Source: an uncultured archaeon (GTDB lineage Archaea; Asgardarchaeota; Lokiarchaeia; Sigyniarchaeales; SOKP01). Taken from it: a DNA stretch of 43,496 nt. The notes beneath the pieces are model-generated. The model saw only the letters and a program-made list of their open reading frames with translations, did not search any database and was not told the DNA's origin. Location: assembly GCA_964508365.1 (NCBI GenBank), contig CAZDTP010000033.1, positions 1-43,496 on the forward strand, in the 5' to 3' direction. A program made the position numbers and the translations under genes. Below are positions 25,157 through 34,784 of the stretch, piece after piece. Numbering within the stretch: the stretch's first letter is position 1; every line of letters begins with the position of its first letter.

Positions 25157-27972
25157 TTATTTTATTATTATCGCAGGTTTCCCAGGTAACCCTTGAGCCG
25201 CTTTGTTTTCTTGCGATTCATTTTCTGGGATGATACTTACTTTACATTTATATTTCTTTTCATAAATATTTTTAATCTCAAAAAAGAAATTAAATTCATC
25301 TATGGCATTGATTGGTGATTTAACATATTTCCCAAGATTCTTCAATACTTTAATGACTGTTTGAGAAATAAATTTCCCTTTTGTTTTAAATTCTTTATTT
25401 TCCATTAATTTTCCAATTATTTCTCTTTGATCTTTTGATTTTTCTGCTAATGAGAGAAGTTTCAGCATTACATCGAATTTCCATTCAGCTGCAATAATAA
25501 TAATCATCTCTGTCAGTTTTTCTTTCTTTATAATTTGAATTATATGATTAATTGAGTCAACAGTATTATTCATTAAATTCCATTTGTAATCATTTTCAAC
25601 AGAAAGGATATTTTTATCATAGTTAGGCCAAAGGGCTAAACTTAAAAAGCTCTTTTTTCCCATTTGCTCCCATAATTCCTCAGTCATATGAGGTACAAAT
25701 GGATGAAGTAATAATATTAAATTCTCTTTACATTTGTCAAAAACTTCCTTATAAACCCCCTCAGACTTATACCTACTTATTTCGGAAGTAAATTGGATGA
25801 TTTCGTTAATGGCATCCCTAATTGACAATATATTTAACGATTCGCTTACGATTTTTATTGTTTTATTAAGGGTATATTCAATAAGGGTATCTCTAATTAT
25901 TTTCTCATTTCTGATGGTTTCTGGGGGTTCTTTTAATAATGTAAATGTGTTTTTTACATATTTGAAAGCAAAATCTACACCTTCATCAGACCATTCCAAA
26001 CCGGATTGGGGACTGGCTCCAAAAAGAATAAAAAATCGAGCCGCGTCTGCTCCATATTTATTCATCAACCCAATTGGATTCACCGTATTACCGTAACTTT
26101 TACTCATCTTAACGCTTTTTAATATATACTTGGTTCCACATCTTTTACAGCTTTCGCTCGTCATTTCAGCTTTCATAGCAAATGTCCCACAATTAGAGCA
26201 ATAAGGATGCGCTTTGTTAACCATCCCTTGAGTCAATAGTCGCTGGAAGGGCTCATCAAACGAATGAAACCCAAGATCTCGAGCAACTCTAGTGAAAAAA
26301 CGTGCGTACATTAAATGGAGAATTCCGTGCTCAATACCACCTATATATTGGTCAACATTCATCCAGTAATCGGCGATATCTTTTCTATATGGTAAATTTT
26401 CCTCATTTGGATCGCAATAACGAAAGAAATACCACGAACTATCTACGAAAGTATCCATCGTATCGGTTTCTCTTCTTGCTTGAATACCACATTGTGGACA
26501 CGAGGTATTAACAAAAGATTCACTCGTTTTCAAAGGATTTCCTTTTCCCGTGAATTTTACATCTTTCGGTAATTCAACAGGTAAATCTTCGTAGGGAACG
26601 GGCACAATTCCACAGGTATCGCAGTATATAATTGGTATAGGGCATCCCCAATAGCGTTGTCGGGAAATTAGCCAATCTCTTAGTTTGTAATTAACAGTTT
26701 CCTCTCCCATTCCTATTTCTTCTAATTTTTTTGACATAGATTTTATCGCGGATCGGTTTTCCATCCCATTAAACTCTTCTGAGTTTATTAAAGTTCCGTC
26801 ACCTTCGTACGCTCTGGTCATTTTTTCAGCGTTCAATTCGTATTCAAAAGGTTGAATAACAACCTTTATTGGAATATTATATTTCACTGCGAACTGAAAA
26901 TCTCGGGAATCATGTGCGGGAACAGACATTACGGCTCCAGCACCGTATTCGTAAATGACAAAATTTCCAATATATATAGGTATTTCCTCTTTATTTAGTG
27001 GGTTAATCGCGTGTTTTCCGATAAATATACCTTTCTTCTCGACTTCGATATCTGTTCTTTGAAATTTATTCTGTCTAATAGTTTCTGTATATAGGTTCTG
27101 AAAATCAGATTCGTATTCAGTCTCTTCTACCCATTCCTTGACCCAAGGATGCTCGGGGGCAAATACCATAAACGTGACCCCATACAGCGTATCTGGGCGA
27201 GTAGTAAAAATGTCAATGGTTCTTTTTTCCCCCACAATTGGAAATTTAATTATTGTTCCCTCCGATCTTCCAATCCAGTTACGTTGCATAGTTTTCACTT
27301 TATTTGGCCAGTCTACCTTGTCTAATCCATCTAAAAGTTCTTCGGCATAGTCTCGGATTTTTAAGAACCACTGGGTTAAAAATTGTTGTTCAACTTCCGA
27401 ACTACAGCGCCAACATTTGCCACTTTGAACTTGCTCGTTAGCTAGCACAGTTACACATTTTGGGCACCAATTCACATAACTTTCTTGTCTATAAGCCAAA
27501 CCCTTCTCGTACATTTTTAAGAAAAACCATTGATCCCACTTGTAATAATTAGGGTCGTGAGAATAGACCATCCGGGTCCAATCGTAAGAAAGTCCTATTC
27601 GCTTTTGCTGTTTTTGAATTGATTCTATATTTTTGTTTGTCCACTCTTCGGGATTTACACCGTGGTCAATTGCCGCGTTCTCTGCGGGTAGTCCAAAGCT
27701 CTTATGGTATTCTCTTATTGGGAAGTACAATCATAGCCCATTGGATAGAGGACATTGAACCCGCACATTCGTTTGTATCGTGCAAATGAATCTCCTATTG
27801 AATAATTACGTAGGTGTCCTATATGTAAATCAGAACTGGGATAAGGATACATTTCCAGTACATAATATTTTTTTTTATCAGGATCTTCTTTGACTTCGAA
27901 GATTTTCTCTTCTTCCCATTTTTTTTGCCATTTTTTCTCGATTTTTTGAAAATCGTATTCAATATTAGTCAT
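25157..27972 (-). CDS. leuS: Leucine--tRNA ligase, interrupted by a 29-nt putative intron; join(complement 27730..27972, 25157..27700), 928 aa
   Basis: Exon 1 (81 codons): [12 protein letters not shown]...LYPMGYD. Exon 2: [75 protein letters not shown]. The ORF track shows it as 27715..27972 plus 25157..27730. Confidence 0.93.
27701..27729 (-). other. Putative bulge-helix-bulge (tRNA-type) intron in leuS mRNA, phase 0
   Basis: Insert TGTACTTCCCAATAAGAGAATACCATAAG between GAT (Asp81) and AGC (Ser82); 29 nt, in-frame TAA. GGC/GCU helix, central helix UAUG/CAUA, bulges AU^U and AG^A, inner helix GUA/UAC plus UUC/GAA, outer UCCAA/UUGGA. Confidence 0.85.
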
Positions 27973-28105
27973 TTTGTGTCAAAATCGTTTTTTTAAAGTT
28001 GAATATTAAAATATAAACTGAAATAATTTATACAATAAATTTTTTTTGATATGGGGTATATTCTTAATCAAAAAGATTATAGTAACTGTAATACTTGTAT
28101 GACCA

Positions 28106-29113
28106 GTGACAGTTGAAAAGATTAGGGTTTCAATAGGTAGTGCTTCACTACTTGGATTATATGAAACTAAAAAATTTAAAGATGTACCTACAACATGCTA
28201 TATAATGACCTATATAGTAGGTCATTGCAGTGCAAATTGTGGTTTTTGCCCACAAGCTAGAGAATCAGAAAGTTCCATTGAATTATTATCGCGTGTTAGT
28301 TGGCCAGTTTTTAGTTTTAAAGATTTTTTGACGAAATTGAATTACATGCCACATTCAAAACGATTTAAAAGAATTTGTATCCAAACCTTAAATTACTTGC
28401 AAAATTTTCATGATCTTTTAGAGATTGTTTCCCAGATTAGAAAAAGTTGCAACATTCCAATATCTATTGCAATACCACCTATGGAGAAAAAAAATTTAGA
28501 AACATTAAAAATTCTTGGTGTGGATCGGGTAGGTATAGCTCTTGATGGTGCTACTCCTGAAATTTTTGAACACATAAAAGGAAAAGAAGTAAAAGGACCT
28601 TATAATTGGAATAACCACATTCAAAAACTCAAAGAAGCGCTTACAATTTTTGGAGAGGGAAAAGTTACAACGCATTTAATTGTGGGATTGGGAGAGACTG
28701 CAATTGCAATCTTGAAAATGATTAAGAAACTTCACGATTTAAGAATAAGAGTAAGTCTTTTTGCATTTATGCCCATAAAAGGGACATTACTTGAAAGTTT
28801 AAGCCAACCAGATTTATTGAATTTTAGAAAGATACAATTAGGAAGATATCTTCTAGTGAGCGATAATAGAACTCTTAAGGACTTTACTTTCAATAATTTT
28901 GGCGAAATTGTAAAATTTAATTTAAATGAGAAGGAGTTATGGTATATTACTTGCAGTACGGATGCGTTTTTAACTTCGGGTTGTCCCGGTTGTAACCGTC
29001 CTTATTATACATCAAGACCTTCGGGTCCTATTTATAATTATCCTAGAACATTATTAACACACGAGATGAATGATATTTTTAATAGTTTAATTAATGCTGT
29101 TCATAATAAATAG
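28106..29113 (+). CDS. lipS2: Radical SAM protein, archaeal lipoyl synthase subunit LipS2-like
   Basis: CSANCGFC radical-SAM motif; C-terminal TSGCPGCNRP fits the TxGCPxC(N/D)RP motif recalled for T. kodakarensis LipS2; adjacent to lplA; GTG start. Confidence 0.7.
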   Translation: MTVEKIRVSIGSASLLGLYETKKFKDVPTTCYIMTYIVGHCSANCGFCPQARESESSIELLSRVSWPVFSFKDFLTKLNYMPHSKRFKRICIQTLNYLQNFHDLLEIVSQIRKSCNIPISIAIPPMEKKNLETLKILGVDRVGIALDGATPEIFEHIKGKEVKGPYNWNNHIQKLKEALTIFGEGKVTTHLIVGLGETAIAILKMIKKLHDLRIRVSLFAFMPIKGTLLESLSQPDLLNFRKIQLGRYLLVSDNRTLKDFTFNNFGEIVKFNLNEKELWYITCSTDAFLTSGCPGCNRPYYTSRPSGPIYNYPRTLLTHEMNDIFNSLINAVHNK

Positions 29114-29904
29114 TGGTAAATAGCTTGAGAGAATGGAGATTTCTTCCCTTAGAAACTAGAAATGGATATTGGAATATGGCTTTAGATGAAGCGATACTAA
29201 ATGCAGCTATTGAAAAAAAAATTCCTAATACTCTAAGGTTTTTCAAATGGAAGCCATCAACTGTATCTATTGGAAGAAATCAAAGTATTTCTAACGAAGT
29301 AGACTTGAATGTAGTTAGAGAAAAAGGTTTCAATGTTGTAAGGAGAATAACTGGAGGGGGTGCTGTATTCCATGATAGCACTCGTGAAATTACATATTCT
29401 ATTGTATGTCCTTTGAAATTTCTAGAAAACCTTAATGCTAAGAATGTGATTGAGCAATTTGAGATTATCGAGGCGGGTATTGTTAATGGTTTATCACAAT
29501 ATGGCTTGCAGCCTCAAAAAGGAGTTATTCATTGCCCTGCTATTTTTTTAGAGGGAAAGAAATTTTCAGGAAATGCACAGATAAGAAAGAAGGGGTATCT
29601 CCTTCAACACGGAACAATTTTATTGGAACTTGATCCCAACCTTATGTATTCCGTTTTAAAAGCACCTTATAATGTAGAGAAAACTAAAATGGTGAAATCA
29701 GTATTTGCGAAGTGCATCGGCATCAAAGAACGATTAGACCAATATGATGAAACGGAATTCTTATTCTATCTTAAAGCTGGTTTCGAGGCGACATTAGGAA
29801 TTAAATTAATAGATGGAAATTTCACAGATTATGAATTAAATTTAGCAGATAAACTTGTGTCCAAAAAATATTCTAATAAGAAATGGCTGGAAAAATATGA
29901 CTGA
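29113..29904 (+). CDS. lplA: Lipoate-protein ligase A, catalytic (N-terminal) domain
   Basis: NMALDEAI, TLRFFKW.PSTVSIGRNQ, VRRITGGGAVFHD, KKFSGNAQ, LQHGTILL; GTG overlaps the upstream stop. Confidence 0.86.
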   Translation: MVNSLREWRFLPLETRNGYWNMALDEAILNAAIEKKIPNTLRFFKWKPSTVSIGRNQSISNEVDLNVVREKGFNVVRRITGGGAVFHDSTREITYSIVCPLKFLENLNAKNVIEQFEIIEAGIVNGLSQYGLQPQKGVIHCPAIFLEGKKFSGNAQIRKKGYLLQHGTILLELDPNLMYSVLKAPYNVEKTKMVKSVFAKCIGIKERLDQYDETEFLFYLKAGFEATLGIKLIDGNFTDYELNLADKLVSKKYSNKKWLEKYD

Positions 29905-30949
29905 TATTAAAGATTTATTAAAGAGATTTGAATTAGGTAATCAAACATGGTCAGATTATGAAAAATTGTTAAAACTTGATGATAAAGAATTAGAGCCGAT
30001 TTTAAATCTTGCTTATAAAGTAAAGAAGAAAAAAATTGGAAATCTATTAAAAATTTATATCCCCAATAAACGGTTTCCAGCCATCAGTATTACTGGAAGT
30101 GAATGTTCATTACACTGTGAACATTGTAATAAAAAATATCTAGATGGTATGAAACCAATCCTAACTAATTCCGAATTAAAATCCTATTTGCTAGAATTAT
30201 ATAGTAATGGTGGAATCGGTGTTTTACTTTCGGGGGGATGTCTTCCCGATGGTTCAGTTCCGTTATTAAACTTTCTAGATACCATTAAAGACATCAAGAA
30301 GAGAACTAATTTAATAGTCAACGCTCATACTGGGTTGCTTAGTGAAGAAACTGCTAAACAATTAGCACTTGCAGGTGTTGATATCGTTTCTTTTGATGTT
30401 ACAATGGATAAAGACGTAATAAACAAAATTTACCATTTAAACAAAGATATTGACGATTATAAAAAAGCAATCCGTTTCATGCAAAAATATGGAATAAATA
30501 TCGTTCCTCATATTTGCATAGGGTTATTTTATGGAAAGATTCACAAAGAATTGGAAACAATTAAGTTTTTGAAAGAATCGGGACTAGATCCCTCTTTAAT
30601 AGTATTGATTGCTTTAATCCCTCCAAATAATTCTGGAAATAATTTTCTTAGACCTCAACCGAGTGATATCGCAAAAATTATTGCGATTACTAGATTTGTC
30701 TACCCAGACGCAGAAATTTCCTTAGGGTGTATGAGACCAAGAGGGGATGTGAAATTAGAGATAGAAAAATATGCAATTAGAGCTGGGATAAATAGAATTG
30801 AAATACCTTCAAAAAATACATTAAAATGGGTAAAAAATAATGATCCTGAAGTTGTCTTCAATTTCTTCTCAGCTTGTTGTGCGATTCCAGATAAATTTGA
30901 AAAATACGCAGAAAGCAAGGATTCAGATTTAAAGAATTATAAGATTTAA
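29897..30949 (+). CDS. lipS1: Radical SAM protein, archaeal lipoyl synthase subunit LipS1-like
   Basis: ISITGSECSLHCEHC, LLSGG, SLGCMRP and SACCA (GC(M/A)R and CC motifs recalled for LipS1). Start placed at ATG 29897, overlapping the lplA stop. Confidence 0.7.
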   Translation: MTDIKDLLKRFELGNQTWSDYEKLLKLDDKELEPILNLAYKVKKKKIGNLLKIYIPNKRFPAISITGSECSLHCEHCNKKYLDGMKPILTNSELKSYLLELYSNGGIGVLLSGGCLPDGSVPLLNFLDTIKDIKKRTNLIVNAHTGLLSEETAKQLALAGVDIVSFDVTMDKDVINKIYHLNKDIDDYKKAIRFMQKYGINIVPHICIGLFYGKIHKELETIKFLKESGLDPSLIVLIALIPPNNSGNNFLRPQPSDIAKIIAITRFVYPDAEISLGCMRPRGDVKLEIEKYAIRAGINRIEIPSKNTLKWVKNNDPEVVFNFFSACCAIPDKFEKYAESKDSDLKNYKI

Positions 30950-30974
30950 TTTTTAAACAAGGAGATTTAAGATT

Positions 30975-32390
30975 ATGAGAGGAAATATAGAAATTATCGG
31001 ACTAGAAAATATCCCCCTAATAAAACCCGGAGACAATATTCCATTAATAATTTTTAATGCTTTAACAAAAAACAGTATCTCGTTAAAAGATGGAGACATT
31101 GTGATTATTGCCCAAACTATAATATCGAAAAGTCTGGGAAGACTAAGAAATATAGAAGATATCATCCCAAGTCAAGAGGCTATCGATCTGCACGATATAA
31201 TGGCTCCATTGATAAGAAAAAATAATTTACCTGATAAAAGTCCTGAACTAATTCAAGCAATATTAGATGAATCCAGACACGTTTTGAAAGCAGAGCATGT
31301 AATGATTGTTGAAACGAACCACGGTTTTATATGTGCAAATGCAGGTATTGATAAATCTAATGTCGGAAAAGGGGATGTAATTTCTCTGCTCCCTTTAGAT
31401 TCAGATAAAGAAGCCGAAAAAATCCGGTTTTCTCTTCAAAAAATAACAAAAAAAAAAATTGCTGTATTAATTTCAGACTCGTTTGGAAGATCGTTTAGAT
31501 TGGGAGCAGTAGGAGTAGCCCTAGGTGTTTCTGGAATATCTCCAATATTGGACAAGCGAGGTAGTAAGGATTTATATGGGAAAGAATTACAGAGTACAAT
31601 CATCGGGCAGATTGACAGTTTGGCTTCTGCTGCTCAATTGGTCATGGGAGAAGCGGACGAAGGTCTACCAGTTGTTATAATCAGGGGATATGAATATTCA
31701 ATAATGGAAAAAGCTTCTATAAACCAAATTTTACGAAAAAGCGAGATAGATTTATTTAGAGAGAAATGCATAAATGGTAATTTTGAAACTATTCTTAAAT
31801 CTCGGAGAAGTTATAAATCAGAGTTTAATGATAAAGAAATTAGTATTAAACTGATAGAAGACTGTATAGATATAGCTCGATGGTCTCCAAGTGCTCACAA
31901 TGGCCAATTCTGGAGATATACTATAATTGAAAAGGGAAAGATTCGTGAAACTTTGATTAAGAAGATGAATTCTAAATTGAAAGAAGACTTGATATCAGAA
32001 GGCAAATCAAATAATTATATTTTTAAGAAAATAAATAAAACAAGAAATCAATTTCTCAATTCACCTTATTTAATCCTCCTATGTATGGATGCACACGATT
32101 TAAAGGTCTATTCAGATAATACACGAGAATTAAATGAGTATATTATGGGGGTCCAGAGTGTAAGCGCCTCAGCAACCTATTTACTTCTTGCATTTGAAAA
32201 TAAAGGAGTGTCAGCGTGCTGGTATTGCGCACCTTTATTTGCAAAAGAAATTATCAAGGATGTACTAAAACTACCAAGTTCTTTCGTACCTATGGCATTT
32301 TTTACAGTAGGTTATTCAACTAAAACAACTCAAAAACCATATCGTAAAGAATTGAAAGATATTATCTTTAAAATAAGTAAAGAAGTATGA
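30975..32390 (+). CDS. cofE: Coenzyme F420-0:gamma-glutamyl ligase fused to a C-terminal nitroreductase domain (FbiB-like)
   Basis: IPLIKPGD, ANAGIDKSN, ISDSFGR.FR.G, GEADEGLPVVIIRG (CofE), then RRS...F...ARWSPSAHNGQFWR...GVSACW (nitroreductase). Confidence 0.85.
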   Translation: MRGNIEIIGLENIPLIKPGDNIPLIIFNALTKNSISLKDGDIVIIAQTIISKSLGRLRNIEDIIPSQEAIDLHDIMAPLIRKNNLPDKSPELIQAILDESRHVLKAEHVMIVETNHGFICANAGIDKSNVGKGDVISLLPLDSDKEAEKIRFSLQKITKKKIAVLISDSFGRSFRLGAVGVALGVSGISPILDKRGSKDLYGKELQSTIIGQIDSLASAAQLVMGEADEGLPVVIIRGYEYSIMEKASINQILRKSEIDLFREKCINGNFETILKSRRSYKSEFNDKEISIKLIEDCIDIARWSPSAHNGQFWRYTIIEKGKIRETLIKKMNSKLKEDLISEGKSNNYIFKKINKTRNQFLNSPYLILLCMDAHDLKVYSDNTRELNEYIMGVQSVSASATYLLLAFENKGVSACWYCAPLFAKEIIKDVLKLPSSFVPMAFFTVGYSTKTTQKPYRKELKDIIFKISKEV

Positions 32391-32400
32391 GCGTTAAAAT

Positions 32401-33336
32401 ATGGATGATTTTTACTATTTAGTACTTGCAGGTGGAGTAGGAGCAGCTAAATTTATAGAAGGATTGGCGAATGTAATTGATCCCGCTTTATTAAAGATCA
32501 TAATAAATACTGGTGACGATATAGAATTATACGGTTTACAAATCTGTCCTGATATTGATATAATAACTTACACTTTGGCGGGAATCGTAGATAAAGAAAA
32601 AGGATGGGGTTTTCAAGACGAATCTTTTAATTGTTTAAAATCTTTAAAACAATTTTACGATTTTAAATGGTTCAATTTAGGAGACAAAGACTTGGCAACA
32701 CATGTATTTAGAACTGATCTTTTTAAGAAGGGATTTAGTAAAGCAGAAATCACTATGAAAATAGCTGAAAAAATGGGGTTAACATCTCATCTCATACCAA
32801 TGACAAATGAGAGTGTTCAAACAATAATTACAACCGATTCAGGAGAAATGCATTTTGAAGAATTTTTCATTAGATACAATTGTAAACCAAGAATATTAGA
32901 TATTAAATTCCAAGGCATTGATAAAGCAAAACCAGTTCAAGGTGTACTTGAATACATAATGCATGCTGAGAGAGTTCTAATTTGTCCTTCGAATCCTATA
33001 GTTTCCATTGGAACTATACTTACAATTCCGGGAATTAGGAAAACATTAAAAAACATCAAGCAAAAAGTAATTGCTATAAGTCCAATTATAGAAGGGACAA
33101 CAATAAAAGGTCCAGCAGATAAAATGTTGAAACATCTGGGATTCGAAGTTTCTTGTATTGGAGTGGCGCATTATTATAGAGACATAATAAGCCATTTCAT
33201 TATTGATAATAAAGATTGTGCATTAAAGCCGATAATTAAGGAAATGGATATAAACACTTATTGTTTTGATACCTTAATGATCTCAAAAGAAAAAAAGAAA
33301 GAATTGGCAAAGTTTACAATTAATTTAGAAATATAA
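32401..33336 (+). CDS. cofD: 2-phospho-L-lactate/phosphoenolpyruvate transferase (CofD/FbiA)
   Basis: LAGGVGAAKF, INTGDD..LYGL.ICPDID, WFNLGDKDLATH, MHFEEF, PSNPIVSIGTIL, AISPII....IKGPADKM. Confidence 0.9.
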   Translation: MDDFYYLVLAGGVGAAKFIEGLANVIDPALLKIIINTGDDIELYGLQICPDIDIITYTLAGIVDKEKGWGFQDESFNCLKSLKQFYDFKWFNLGDKDLATHVFRTDLFKKGFSKAEITMKIAEKMGLTSHLIPMTNESVQTIITTDSGEMHFEEFFIRYNCKPRILDIKFQGIDKAKPVQGVLEYIMHAERVLICPSNPIVSIGTILTIPGIRKTLKNIKQKVIAISPIIEGTTIKGPADKMLKHLGFEVSCIGVAHYYRDIISHFIIDNKDCALKPIIKEMDINTYCFDTLMISKEKKKELAKFTINLEI

Positions 33337-33347
33337 TATTGTAGGTT

Positions 33348-34781
33348 TCACGCTGTAGTTTCCTGAATTTCAAGATCTTTTTCTTCTTTTATTTCTTCTT
33401 TCTTCACATAATCCCCTACTGAAGCTAGAATCTCTTTTATCCTACCTTCTTGTTGGAGCCGAATAATTAAATTTCTATGTTTTATTGAAGAGATAATCTT
33501 TGAAATCACAGGGAATATTAGTATCAATGGAACTAATAATATTATTATAACTTCTGGAGAATACATTGCAACACTTTCTATGATAGCAGGTGGTAAATTA
33601 AAAACATTTTCCATGAACCATTTTGGATGGATAATAATAAAGCTAATGATTATCAGTAAGCCAACTCGGAAAAAGAAATTAATAACTGTTGAAATTATTA
33701 GGCTTTTAGGTTTAGGTGCTGATGATCTGGCTGTTAGAGTATCGCGTGCTTCTTTGTCTTCTTGAAAAAGCCGGTGTATATATCTTCCAAGTCTTCTCGT
33801 CTTAGAAGCAGCGGTAATTAATTTCTTTTCTTCGTCCTCTAATTTCCTTTTTTCAATCATTTCCTTAACATAAGAAAATGTCTCTCCTGTCTTAGCGAAA
33901 AATTTTCCTATAGTTGCTTTTTCATCAATTTTTAATTCCTGTTTCCTTTTTTTTGCTTCTTCTTTGATTTTGTCAATATTTGCGGTTATATAATGGGATT
34001 CACTTTGTAACACACTTAACTGAGCTTCTAACCTATAACTTCTTTCTAAGGATGGTTTAGTAACAGTGAATGTATAATTTATTTGGAAAGCCATTTCTAA
34101 ATATATATAAGAAGCAATTGCAAGAAGAATTACAGGACTTGCAAAAAATTGAAATATATTGTCAATAGGAATCACCTCTAATGATGGATCTAGAGGATAG
34201 GGTAGATCATCAAAATATGGAATTGGTATACTGAATAATTCTAACATATCTTTAAATCCAAAAACCATAAGCGGAAGAACCAACATGAGAACGATTGCTC
34301 CTACAACGCGTATATCGTTTTTTGGATCTGTTCTCAGAAATGCTTTGATAGCGTAATAGATAACGATGATGAATAATATTTGAAATGCAATTAAATAGAT
34401 ATTTTCACTGAATACTGCGAATTCCTGACCTATTAGATCTGGAATTTCACTAAATTCTGGTGTAGTACCATTCGGAAAGGTAAACCAGAGACTTAACAAT
34501 CCTCGAAAAAATTGCTCTAATAAAGTTAGCATAAACGGTTGAACGGCTGAAAAAAGAATAGAGGCTACCATAACACAAACAAACGCAACACCATATGTTG
34601 CTGTAAATATAGCATATGTCGAAATATTTCTTAAACTAGTCAGAAATGAAGATAAAACAAGTTCTCCATCAGTAGTTGTGATTACTTCGTCAAAATGAAA
34701 AATTGATAGAAAAATAACTAAAATCCACAGGAAAACAAGTGCATTAATAACCTTTAAAATCATAAGGTAATATCTCGTCAT
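33348..34781 (-). CDS. Multi-pass membrane protein of unknown function with a central cytoplasmic coiled-coil region
   Basis: Long ORF in operon with the DUF58 gene (3-nt gap); several TM segments flank a charged helical region. Confidence 0.6.
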   Translation of the reverse strand: MTRYYLMILKVINALVFLWILVIFLSIFHFDEVITTTDGELVLSSFLTSLRNISTYAIFTATYGVAFVCVMVASILFSAVQPFMLTLLEQFFRGLLSLWFTFPNGTTPEFSEIPDLIGQEFAVFSENIYLIAFQILFIIVIYYAIKAFLRTDPKNDIRVVGAIVLMLVLPLMVFGFKDMLELFSIPIPYFDDLPYPLDPSLEVIPIDNIFQFFASPVILLAIASYIYLEMAFQINYTFTVTKPSLERSYRLEAQLSVLQSESHYITANIDKIKEEAKKRKQELKIDEKATIGKFFAKTGETFSYVKEMIEKRKLEDEEKKLITAASKTRRLGRYIHRLFQEDKEARDTLTARSSAPKPKSLIISTVINFFFRVGLLIIISFIIIHPKWFMENVFNLPPAIIESVAMYSPEVIIILLVPLILIFPVISKIISSIKHRNLIIRLQQEGRIKEILASVGDYVKKEEIKEEKDLEIQETTA

Positions 34782-34784
34782 CTT

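Noticed and set aside
27701-27729. leuS break explained as a single-base sequencing frameshift, programmed frameshift or pseudogene
   Set aside because: Ten extra codon-equivalents sit inside a motif that is normally ungapped, there is no slippery run at the junction, both exons look intact, and the BHB cut sites match the frame-restoring boundaries exactly.
6364-27729. The two 29-nt introns as copies of one mobile element
   Set aside because: Same length but no recognisable sequence similarity, and both are too short to encode a homing endonuclease.
28099-28116. ATG ACC AGT GAC AGT TGA mini-ORF over the lipS2 GTG start; similarly ATG ATT TGA at 41127-41135
   Set aside because: No SD support, and such short ORFs are frequent in AT-rich leaders.
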